Assembly: GCA_943704425.1 (NCBI GenBank)
Contig: CALSCP010001856.1
Coordinates: 1-64,000 of the forward strand
DNA from: Ministeria vibrans ATCC 50519
Taxonomy: Eukaryota > Protista > Filasterea
Reading direction: 5' to 3'
DNA: 64,000 nt
The translations under genes and the position numbers were made by a program. Positions 10,606 through 22,296 of this stretch are shown piece by piece. Within the stretch, counting starts at the first letter, position 1. Each line of letters opens with the position of its first letter. The notes beneath the pieces are model-generated. The model saw only the letters and a program-made list of their open reading frames with translations. It was not told where the DNA came from and did no database searches.

Positions 10606-11794
10606 ATGGTACGAGAAGAGCCCGCCTGGAGCGTGTCTCAGTAGAGTGTCTCATTTTTCTCTTTTTGTTCACTTAGGCGGTCGGAAAACAGAAGCGCGTT
10701 TCCAAGGGCAAGAAGGGTCAAAAGAAGGCGTAAGTAGTAGCAAACCCCACCCCACTCCATCCGCCCGCTGCTTTTTTTTGATGTTTTTCCTCGTTTTTTT
10801 TTTTTTTTTTTTTTTTTTTTTCTCTCCAATCTGATCTTCTCTGTACAGTGTCGATCCGTTTGTGCGTAAGGAGTGGTACGAGGTCAAGGCACCCACCGTC
10901 TTCAAGAACCGCACTGTGTGCAAGACCCCTGTCACGCGCACCACCGGCACCAGTACGTGAACTCATACACACGTTGGATCCAACGTGTCAACTGACATTT
11001 TTGAATCTTTGTTGTTCCCTTGAACAGAGATTGCCTCGGAGGGACTCAAGGGTCGCGTTTTCGAGGCGTGCCTGGCTGATCTGTCCACCAACGAGGAGGA
11101 CTGCTACCGCAAGATCCGCCTTGTCGCCGAGGACGTTCAGGGCAAGACAGTTCTGTGCAACTTCCACGGCCTCGACATGACCACCGACAAGCTCCGCAGC
11201 CTCGTCCGCAAGTGGCAGCAGCTCATTGAGGTAAAACCACCAAAACAATGGGAAGAACGAAGAAATGCTCACATTTTGCCATAAAATATTATTCTAGTGC
11301 ATGGTTGACGTCAAGACGACGGACGGCTACACTCTGCGCTGCTTCTGCATTGGCTTCACCAAGAAGGCACCCAACCAGGTCCGCAAGGCGTCGTACGCGT
11401 ACGCTTCGCAGGTCAAGCAGATCCGCGACAAGATGATTGAGATCATCCAGCGCGAGGCTGCCGGACAGGTACTGACCAAAACTTTCTTGACGTTTTACTT
11501 CTTTCCAAAGCACTCCTTTTCTCACCCATTTTTTTTCCTTCCTTTTTTTTTGCATTACAGGACCTCAAGGGCCTCTTCTCCAAGATGCTCCCTGAGGTGT
11601 TCGGCCGTGAGATCGAGAAGGCGTGCCACAACATCTACCCGCTCCACAGCGTCTTCATCCGCAAGGTGAAGATCATCAAGAAGCCCAAGTTCGACATTGG
11701 CAAGCTCCTCGAGCTCCACGGCGAGTCCGCCTCGTCGGGTGCCAAGGGTGGTGCCAAGGAGTTCAACGAGCCCGCCGTCCAGGCCGAGGTCTAA
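10606..11794 (+). CDS. RPS3A: 40S ribosomal protein S3a (eS1), 6 exons, first exon ATG only
   Basis: ATG 10606|intron|[17 protein letters not shown]; [15 protein letters not shown]; [11 protein letters not shown]; [13 protein letters not shown]; [21 protein letters not shown]. Confidence 0.97.
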
Positions 11795-12125
11795 CTTGTC
11801 TACACCCCATCCCCAAACCCTGTTCACTCATAAAAAATCAAAAAAAGAATTTTCTATCATACGTTTTGCCCTTTTTTTCATTATTATTTACTTGTACCTA
11901 CCAAGAACCAAGTCTCAACGACTGACAAGTGACAACCAGTCAACCGCCTTCAAATCAACGTCCGAAAGGTGATTTTAAATATTGTATTTTTAGTTGGCTC
12001 CCTTCTGTCCCTCTTGACTATCAAGTCTGAAGTCTCAAGTGGTCAATATTGAATTAATTTAAATAATAAATATCATTCTTTTTTACTTTCACAAAGACTT
12101 GTACCACACGGCTTTCTTTTGCACT

Positions 12126-12617
12126 ATGGCGCACACCATTCTTTTGATTCAGGTACCGATCAACATTGAGAGGGTTTTTTAATACTCGCTATTTTTTCGC
12201 ACTGTTTAGCCGACGGGCGACCTGAAATCAAGGACATACAGTGACTATGAGAGTGTGAACGAGGCAATGGAAGGTACCCAGCACGCGACAAACTTGTTTT
12301 CTGCCCCCACTCCAATGAAACGGCGATTCGTTGTGCGGTTGCCATTTTTGCGTTGTTGAAGAAAAGCGATGAATCGACCATTGAAACTGGCTCTTCCCAC
12401 AGGCGTTCTGCATCTGTACGAGGCGCACTTGCAAGAGGCGTACCCAACGCGCTCGCGCATCACCTACGACTTGGCTGATTTGTACACTCACATTGACGCA
12501 CTGCACGACCTCTCGGCGCTCGTGTACAGCCAAGAGAGCGCCGCGTACATGCCCAAAGACAAGAAATGGATCAAGGAGCGTGTGCATAGGATGCTGAAGC
12601 AACAGCAGCGTCACTGA
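12126..12617 (+). CDS. ERH: Enhancer of rudimentary homolog, 3 exons
   Basis: MAHTILLIQ|PTGDLKSRTYSDYESVNEAME|GVLHLYEAHL..ITYDLADLY..DLSALVY..KKWIKE. Confidence 0.95.
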
Positions 12618-12819
12618 AGCAACCAACGAACCCATTGTGAAATCTTATAACATAAATACACTCAAACAGCTGCCCCCCACTAAAGACTGTGGGGAGACGC
12701 CAAGACTTTTTCTTTTCTTTTTGTTTGATTGTTTCATTCGAAAGAGAGAGATAGAGAGAGAGAGAGAGGTAGGAGAAAGGGAAATGTACAACAAAGCTAC
12801 GTCTTGAGAGTACTACTAC

Positions 12820-14565
12820 CTAGTGGTGATGGCCAAGGGCAAGGACAATGGGAAGGAGAGTGCCGACGACGACGGCGAGGAGAGACGGGCGGGGCATGCG
12901 ATCGGAGCCCTTGGCGGTGAGTTCAGGTAGCACGTGAACGGTCGCCACGTAGACAAAGGTGCCGGCACTAAAGAGAAGCGCGAGACCCGTCATGGACGAC
13001 GCAGACGATGCCAGCGGAGGCTGCACTGCAAGCAGCGCCAGATACGTGAGCACGGCCGTGGCGGGCGCAGACACTGCAAACGCAAGCAAGTAGCGCCGTA
13101 CCCGCGACATCTCCACCCCCTCGTGCAGAAGAAAGGTTGTCAGACCAAACGCAGCTGGTCCCTATCACATGGATAAGCTCAACAAATGTTTTTTTTTTTT
13201 ATACCTTATGTAACATAATGGCAAAGAACACCATCAGCTCTAGCGTCTGCTTCTGACTGGTAACCGCCGCTCCCAATGCGATACCGTCCGCTAACACGCG
13301 AATAAATAATCCAAAGCAATGTATACATATCAAACGTTCTGATTTCGACAAGATGTGTGTGCGTGTGCGTTACCTGCTGCGTGCACAATGAGGCCAATGG
13401 TGGCGTGTAGGGAGCGTCGCTGGGCGGCCATGCGGGCAGCAATGGTGTCACCACCAACGGTAGGTGAGGAGGAAGACGATCCAGAGGCGATCACAGAGGA
13501 AGAGAGGATAGGAGGGGAGGCGACAGCGGAGGAGGAGGACACAGCGGAGGCGGAGGGGCCCGACGAAGGAGCGCCGTCAGATGACAAGTGGTCGCTCTTG
13601 TCGTTGTCGTTGGTGGGTGTAGACACGGGCAACAGTGGTCCGCCGTGCGAGTGGCCTCCTCCTCCCGAGAGTTGGTCAATGAGCATCATCACAATAAACT
13701 AAAAAAATATTATTGGTCCTGCGCACGTTCTTTTTGTTTGCTCTCTCTCACTCTCACTTTGCTCTTACTCCTAATGCAAGAGCAGCCCCAATTTGACCAT
13801 GCGGAGGTTCGCCACAGGGACCACCATGATCGTGATGATGATCATCAAGTAACTGTCGTTCTAACGAATTCAATCGTCGCTCTGGTGACTAAAACAACGA
13901 ACGAGAGAGCAGCAATAATAATATCAGTTCAGCTTGAGGGACGGCACACCGTCAAACGTCAAACAGCCTCCCGACACGCTTGGCTTACAAAGGTGGACGG
14001 AACACCAGCTGCTCGACCCAGCAGAGTGCGTTCACTGGCAGCCTCGGCAGCGGCAAGGGCTGGGGAACAGACAAGCCAAGCCGGTTAGGATCGAGTGCGC
14101 AGGCACACACATACACTCACACACACACACACACACACACACTCACTCACTCAGGCGTGTACACACACACAATTATATATCCATAAACACACATACATAA
14201 ATACGCAACCACTCAACGCAATAAAGGAAGGAGAAGGACAGTATGTCGTGCGGTGGGGGACAACGAAAGAGACAGCAGTGATATGAGAAAAGACCCATAG
14301 AGAAAAAAAAATGACGTTGGGAAATGTGCCAGCAAAGCGAACCTGCCGACATGTAGATGGAATTGACGCCCTCGGGGATAATGACGGCCAGGGCGGTGCC
14401 GACAAGCAGCCCGGCGCCGAGGGCCGTCGTCCAGCGGCGCGTCTCAGCACTCAACCGCATTGCAAGGGGAATCAGCCCAGCCAGGTACGACCCAACCAGC
14501 ATCGCCATTCCCAGCGTCATCAGCGACGTCCATGCCCCAGACCCATCGACGTGCGTCTCTTCCAT
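12820..14565 (-). CDS. SLC39A9: Zinc transporter ZIP9 (SLC39A9/ATX2 family), multi-exon
   Basis: GSYLAGLIPL..LGAGLLVGTALAVIIPEG; His-rich loop; ATIGLIVHAA; LLFSAGTFVYVATVHVLPE; C-terminal HHH. Confidence 0.92.
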
Positions 14566-14677
14566 TGCAAAGAAAAAAGTTTGCTTTATCATTTACTCAT
14601 TATTCAAATGAAAAAATGAAAATCAATCACGTCATTCAAATAAAAGGGTTTGAAAAAAAAGGAATTTTTTTTTTAGG

Positions 14678-15236
14678 ATGATGGATCTCTCTCGGCTGAT
14701 TCTCGTTCGTCGGAGGAACAATGCCCTCCTCTTAGGAACAGGTCTTCTTCTTCTTTTTATTGTATGGTCGCATTCATCGTCGAACGAGACCACCGAAACG
14801 CCCACTCTCGAATTTCTGCCTCTCCCGCCGTACGCCACGCCACAATCCCATGCTCACTTGTACATAGACGACTTACTTTGTCTCTGGTAGGGTTGTGAAG
14901 CGAAGAAAACCACCCACAGACGAGAGCAATGCCGAGCGCGACTCCATTCTGTCAATACCTGTCATAAAAAGCGTCTCTCGCCCACCGTCTCCTCCTCCTC
15001 CCCCTCCTCCGCCGCCACCGCCACCGCCTAAAACACCAAACCCAGAAAGCTTCTTGATTCGTCCTGAACCCCGACGTCTGCTCCAGCCACTCACAGAGGT
15101 GCCTTTGGCCACAGAAAACGCTCTACGTCCTCGGTTCGAACCAATCAACACAATCATGTTTTACCACACACACACACACCACAAAGACATACACGCCACA
15201 CACACCACAAAGACACTCACACACATACACACTAAG

Positions 15237-15267
<31 letters not shown>

Positions 15268-16335
15268 CTGACCGGCCTATCCTTATTCAGCCTTGCCTTG
15301 ATGTTCCTCTCGACGAAATCCACCATGGATACGGATGAGATTTGGCGCACTTGGGTCGAAGAGGGTCCGCGGGATCGCGTCGCGCTTGCTGTTCACACCG
15401 CACCAGGTGTCTCCATGAACCGCGACAGTCTCCTCAGTGGCCACGAAATACCCAATTCTGTCCACACCGACTATGCTGCTCGATCTGTTGTCACGGTAGA
15501 ATAAGCACAAACAAAAATGCTTTTTTGTAGCATCAATTATTTACTGTTGTCTTCTCTCTCACACACAATGTTGGGCAGGCAACACTGAATCTCATAGAAC
15601 ATACACTCCGACTCGAACCGCCCGTCGACTACCTCGCCCTGCTCTCCAGCAGCTGCGTCCCCCTCCGCTCCCTCAAATTCACCCTCGCCTATCTGGCACA
15701 GGCCAATGTCTCCTTCGTTGACTCCTTCCTGCCCTTTTCGTGGGATCCTTACGACCAGACGGATCGCGGTGACTCCTGGACACGCTATCGCTACCGTGGC
15801 GATCCCGGCGGAATCCCAGGTGCCCCGTCCTCTGCCCTGCATTCAAAATGCACTTACACTCACAGACCATCCAACCTTCTTTCTTTATCCAGGTAACGCA
15901 GTGCGCAAGGGCAGTCAGTGGATTATCTTGCACCGTCGTCATGCAGAGTTCCTCTTCAGACCGTCCGCCAGTGCCGATTTTCTAGACTGGCAAAAGAACT
16001 TTCTCTTTCGTCTCTCGCGCTCCAGCAACGAACACTTCTTCCAGAACACCTTTGCCAAATTCAACGCCGCACAGCAGACTGGAACCGCCTTCCAAAACGA
16101 CACCCTCACCTTCGCACAGTGGCACTGGGAAGGACCCACCAAGAACCAGCATCCCATGCCCTTTCAAGGTGGCCCCTCTGCCTTCCAGTCGCTCCAACGA
16201 ACCGCAGATACACACCACCCGTGCACCCGTCCCGCTTGCTACCTCTTCGGCCGCAAGTGGATCGGTTCCTTTGACGGCCCTCTCGACCAACTCTCTCCGC
16301 TCTGGCACTCTGCTTCGCACTTGTACGCCCAATGA
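14678..16335 (+). CDS. Core-2/I-branching (GT14-like, Branch family) glycosyltransferase, type II membrane protein with Pro-rich stem
   Basis: N-terminal TM; ALMFL..WRTW; LLSSSCVPLR; RKGSQWIILHRRHA; SNEHFFQN; LTFAQW; CYLFGRK motifs. Confidence 0.8.
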
Positions 16336-16428
16336 CACAACATACACCCCGCACTGGAGACAGATTTTGAGAGAAAGAGAGAGAGACGAGATTCCTTGTT
16401 TGTTTTGTAAACCAATAAAAAAAAAACG

Positions 16429-16692
16429 TTACAAAAGTCCCATTTCTTTGAGTGCTGCTTCGAGTGCTGCGTAGCTGGCAGCACTGTACTCCTTCTACAC
16501 ACCAAAAGCACAATGAGCACACACGCAAATACGCACACTTACTCACTTACCTGAGGCGCGCGACACGGGCCCAGATCGAGCCCCGTCATTTTCAGCATTG
16601 CCTAATTAATTTTACTGTTAACTCACTCGGAATGCATATATTTGCGCACAAAGACACACATACAAATAAAATAATTATGAATTATTATTAAT

Positions 16693-16759
<67 letters not shown>

Positions 16760-17914
16760 TTACTATTGTCATACAAATTGCAATAATAATTATTATTATT
16801 ATACATACCTTGACGGGAGCGCTTCCCCCTCCAAAGCGGTCCCACAGCGCAACAATGTCGGCAATGATGGCCTGGTGCTTGCGCCCCTCGTCCGTCGCCA
16901 CGCCCGCCGCAACCGCCGCCAGTGCAGCCTTGGCCACAAACCCAATGTTGTATGTGCTACCCACGCACCCGTCCGCTCCCAACGCGTACCCCGCCAGCAT
17001 ACACTCGTCACGGCCAAACAACATGTTGTACTTGCCTATGCATCCGAACACGTCTGCTACACCCTTTCCTCTTATTCATAGAATTGTTAGTAATAGATAA
17101 TACCTCCCTTGAATGAGCAGCATCGGCCAAAGTCATACATGTTGTAGTCGGTAAACTTGATGCCCGTAAACTTGGGAATGACGCCTGTTGAGTCGACCTC
17201 CTCCAGCAACGCGCGCATGCTCAACTAAAACAGTCCACGGGCGTAAGCTCCCACGACGTCCAAACACGACGTCCAAACACGACGCACTGATACCTCAACG
17301 TTGGTCAGGCACGGAATGTGGTAGTAGTAGAAGGGGGTGTTGGGACAGGCAGAGGCAGTGTCGGCCAGACACTCAACAAGGCTCTTCACGTTGCCCGGCT
17401 TGAAGTAGAAAGGAGGCACTGTGCACAAGGACACGGTGAGCAACAACACAAGCATCGCCCTTGCCTCTCTCTTCCTGCTGCCTACCTGACGCAACCGCAT
17501 CCGCTCCAATCGACTCAGCATACGCAGCAAGGTCGCGGGACTCCTCTGCAACACACGAGCCCACGTGCACAATGCACAGAAGCCCAGCAGCGCGGCTCGC
17601 CTGTGCCGACGCGAAATTGGGATGACAAAAAACGAAAACTTCATCTCATTTTACCTCACGCCACTTTTGAGCAACCGCCTTCCGCTCGGACACCGTCAAA
17701 ATAGGTCCCTCGCCAGTGGTGCCCACAGCAAACCTACAATTCACACAGATTAGCTCTCAATGCGCAGTGGCAATCTTATCTTTGTTTACACTCCAATGAC
17801 TCCACTCTCCTTGAGACGCTTTGCTTGCGCGTCAATCGTCTCCAGGCTCAGAGATCCATCTGCATTGAAGGCCTGAGGCGGCGCAGCGATAAATCCTTTG
17901 ACAAGTTTGCTCAT
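16429..17914 (-). CDS. NPL: N-acetylneuraminate lyase (DapA/NanA family), multi-exon
   Basis: GFIAAP; GTTGEG; IVHVG; PPFYFKP; FYYYHIP; GIKFT with catalytic Lys; MLFGRDE; GADGCVGSTYN; GLDLGPCRAP. Confidence 0.9.
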
Positions 17915-18258
17915 GATCGTATAAAGAGTAAAGATGCAAAAAAAAGTTATCAATAGTAATTATAATGCATTTAATAGAGACATGAAAATAAAGATGAAAA
18001 TATCAAAATAATAATACTATTATCAGTGAAAAGTTTGGTCAAGGAAAAAAAAGTATTACAATGCGTCTGCCGTTAGTGCCGTAGAGTAACTACGAAAAAT
18101 GGAGCGCCTATAGACACATAAATAAACTCTCACATACAATTAATGCAAGATAGGCAGACAGTGTGTGGATTCAGAAGTGTATAGTTTCTAGCGCATCTCT
18201 TTCGCAAACCCTGAACAGCGCGCAAAAGTATGCTGATTAACAATAAAAAAGGGATTGT

Positions 18259-21200
18259 TCACTTCTTCCGCGACAACAATCCTCCAGATGACTTCTTCTG
18301 TGGACTCGCCGCGGCCCCTTGCTGCTGCTGGTGCATATGCTGGCGAAACCTCTCAGCCTGTGCAGCCATGGCACGCTTGTGCTCCTCATCGGCAGTCGCA
18401 ATGTGCTCCGTCATCAGCTGAATTTGATCGCCATAGCTGCGCGAAGTGGTCGCCAACTCATCCTACACCCACACCCACACCCACACACACACACACACAC
18501 ACATGTTTAATCACACAGCAAAGGCACCTCCCCGCTCCGCCCTACCCTGAGGCGCGCAACATCACGTCTGTGCTGCTCTGCATCTCTCTCCCATCGCACT
18601 TTCATCTGATCCAGTGCATCACATCGCTTTGCCAGTGCTCGACACTCCAAGTGATGCGCAACCGCCTTTGAATCAGCCACTTGCAACTAAAAAATAAAAT
18701 TTTGTTTCGTTTAGCGCTAATCTCTTCTCTTGCCGCTCCCTTACGTCTTTTGTCAATTGAGAAATGCGACTCGTAAAATGTTCGCGAATCAGATCTTCGC
18801 GATTTGCTTCTTCCGCCGGAAGAGGAACCATCGGAAGCTGAAGATTCATAATGAGGATATTGTCCCCAGCACTTACTTGCGGTTGTTTTGTACCTTTGAT
18901 TTGTGGAGTTCCCCAGTGGAACTCAGAACAGACACCAGTGTGCCTCGTTCGCCCTCACGCACCCGCAGCTCATCACTATCGTTCTCCTGAAGTCCCATTG
19001 AATCACATAAATATATATGATGTGAGCGAAGCACTCGCTCACGTATTAATGTTTTTTAATATTTTACTTTGTCCGGGTTTGAATCCACAGAGGCGCTCGC
19101 ACTTGCCACCACGACTGGAGCCTCTGCGGTAACTGCATTTTCATCACTTGCATCATTGACGTCCGTTCCGTCGTCGGCTTCACCTCCACTACTCAAGACA
19201 ATTCCTGACTGTGCCGCTGTCTCTGTGACAATCTTGCTCTGCTGTTCATCCCTCTGCTTCTGCCGCTGCACCTTCCGCATTGTCTCATCGCACTCCCGTC
19301 GCACCTGCTCCGCCTCCGCCACCGCCTTTTCTTTCTCCCGCTTCCACTTTTCCACCTCCATCTCCAACTCCCGCACTCGCTCACCACCTCGCACTGGCGA
19401 CGCGCCCCGGCCGCCGCCTACACCGCCAGCTCCTTCAGTTCGCAGTCGCTCCTTTGCACTGCGGTTCTGCAGAAGTTGGCACTCTAACATCCACTTTTCT
19501 CGCTCTTGCTCAATCTTCGAGATCTGCTTTCGCATCAGTGCCACCTACCAAACAGTCATAATACAAACCAGAACAAAAGATTCTTGTTAATAAAAGCACA
19601 GTCATAATCAATCAATCAGAAAAACAAAAAACAATAGCAAAAAATTAAAATATAATAATGAATAATAAGACGTGAATAAAAAAAATTGATAGTTATTTTA
19701 ACAATAATGATAATAATGATAATAATAATAATAATAATAATAATTATTATTATTATTATTACCTTCTCCTGAAGTGACTCGGAAGTGGTCACAGACGACT
19801 GGGCAGATGAGCGGTTGGCAATGGCAATTTCATAGGGCACGGTGGGCTGCAGAGGACGTGCACGGAGAGACGCAACAAAGGCAAGAGCACGTCGGGAGAG
19901 ACGCGACACGGACGCATCCGACGACAATGGTGCTGTGGATGTGTCAACGGGCACTGAAGCACCTCCACTTGTGCAGCTCGACGAACTTGTTGAAAGGAAT
20001 AGGATGTGTTCGCGAAGGAATGTTGCTGCTTTGCCAACGCACGCTGTAAGACTGGCGAGCGAGCCAATGACGCGCTCATTGATGGCGCGCAGACTCTGTG
20101 GAGTCGTTGGTAATGTGAGCTCTTGTGACGTCTTGCTTGCAAACTGGGCACTAAAAGTGCGCAGTGATACTTGGAGGCGTTCAATGGCGGTCGCTAAGCG
20201 ACCCAAAACCGCGCGAGCGTTGGCCTGAGTCGCACCTGCACCTGCATCGGCACTGCCCACACTATCGGCGGTGCTTGTGACGCCGTTGCTGACGGCAATA
20301 GCGGCGCGGAAGTAGTCGTGCGCCAGTCGCATGTTCACCTGAGTAGTGCGCATCGACTCGATGAGCAGCACGTTGCGCGCACGAAGAGTCGGTGTACACG
20401 AGGGATTGTCAATTTCGTCCTGCAGCACGAGCAAGTGGTACGGCAGCGAGGTATCTGTGTTGCCAATGAGTCGCGCAAAGGCTGACGCAAACGCCGCGAG
20501 ACACTCGGAAGGCGAGCGAGGCGACGCGGGCTTGTCGCTGCCACTGGTGTCCACCTGTGAGTCGCATGAGTGTCGCACCGCGTCGAGGATGGGCGCCTGC
20601 AGAGTGTCAAGAAGCGATTGGAGCTTGCGTACGGCAAACGAGGGGGTGGCGTTGGGAAACACACTCACGCGCTCTACATAGGCAGTGTGGTAGGCACGGA
20701 GCGAGTCGGAAAACTCGGACACAAGCGCGCGCGCCTGCGTCACCACCAGATTGGTCTTGCGCAATCGTCGACTGTCAAACGAGGGCACATTGAGCGCATT
20801 GAATGCGCCAATTTCGGTGTCATCAAAACGCAGCTTGCGCGACATGGTTGTCTTGGCACGATCCTTGACGCGCGCCAGCTCCTCCTTGCATCGACCAAGT
20901 TGCTCTTGGAGCAACTCGAGTTCGGAGCGCGAAGCACCGGCGTCTGCCTTGGCCGTCTGCAACGCTTGCGTTAGTGCCGCCACTTCGCCCTTGCAGCGCT
21001 CCTCGAGTGTCTGGTGCTTCTCACGCAGTGCCTTGAGATCACTCTCGCGTGACACAAGCAGATGCTTCTGGTTGGCCATCTCGCGCTCAATGTCCGCCAA
21101 CTGGTGCTCTTGTTGACGTTTCTGCTCAAAGATGCGCGAGTGCAGCGCCTCGTTCTCGCGAATTTTCGCCTCGAGTTCTCCCGTGGCCGCTTCAAGTGTC

Positions 21201-21980
21201 TCATTCGCCTTGAGCGTGCTCTGGCGCTTGCTCATCGACGGTGTCTTCTTCTCGCGCTCCTCCTGCAGCAGCTCGACGCGTCGCGACAGTTGTTGGTTGT
21301 GGAACGTCAGCTGGTCGACTTGTTCGATTGCGCTGAGAATCATAACATACAAGAAAAAGCGATGGGAGAGTGTGTGAGGAGGAAGAAAGAAACAAAGTGA
21401 TACAGAGAGAGACAAAGTGATAGAGAAAGAGAGAGAGAGAAGAGGAGGGAGAAAGAAACAAAGAGATACAGAGAGAGAGACAAAGTGATAGAGAAAGAGA
21501 GAGAGAGAAGAGGAGGGAGAAAGAAACAAGGAGAAAGTGAGAGAGACAAAGTGAGAGAGAGAGAGAATCCATCGGGGTTTGCGGAGGAATAAACACGACA
21601 GCACGGTCGTCACCATGCCTAGGTATGCATATAGAGCAGGTGGAAACACCTTGATCGGGGAGAGAGGGGAGTGGGGAGACGAGAGAGAGACAAAACACAC
21701 ATCTTTCTTTTGCACCGACACCAAAAATCACACACAGACAGACAGGGATAGACTTTATTCTTTCGCCGTACGTTCGAGCAGCCTCCTCCTTGAGCTGGAG
21801 AGCCGCCTTGGCCTCGAGATAGTTGTTCTGCTCGTTGACTACGGCCTTTTTCAAGACGCCGTTCTGCTGCTTCACTTTGGCATATTCCTGCGCAAGGCGC
21901 TGATACCGCTGCAGCAACGCCTCCGGTGTAAGCTTGCCTGGATCTACCGGAGCCGGCGAAGACCCAGCAGGAGCGCTCAT
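18259..21980 (-). CDS. PPP1R21: Protein phosphatase 1 regulatory subunit 21 (KLRAQ1, FERRY subunit), multi-exon
   Basis: YQRLAQEYAKVKQQNGVLKKAVVNEQ (KLRAQ motif); DQLTFHNQQLSRRVELLQEE; EREKWMLECQLL; TTSRSYGDQIQLMTEH (TTKRSYEDQ motif). Confidence 0.92.
21385..21560. repeat. Intronic (GA)n-ACAAAGTGATA minisatellite in PPP1R21
   Basis: Repeated acaaagtgatagaga units. Confidence 0.8.
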
Positions 21981-22296
21981 ATCGCAAAAAAGGGTTTTCA
22001 ATATATAAATGGGCTAATACTCACTTTTTTTCGATCATATTTCAATGCACAATTGCACATTGCACAATAAATGGCACATTCACTCTTGCACACGCGGCAC
22101 TTGTCAGCTCAACGGCTTGGATCATACACTACACACACCAATAACACCATGCACGCACCGATCGTCTTTCGTTTCATAGAGATACGAGTCGTGCATTTCT
22201 GTTCAAAAGTTTAAACTGTTGTACTCTCTTCCACACCACTCTTTCAAAAACAAACAACAGCAAGAAAGAGAAAAAAATTAAACTTTAGAGTGTTCC

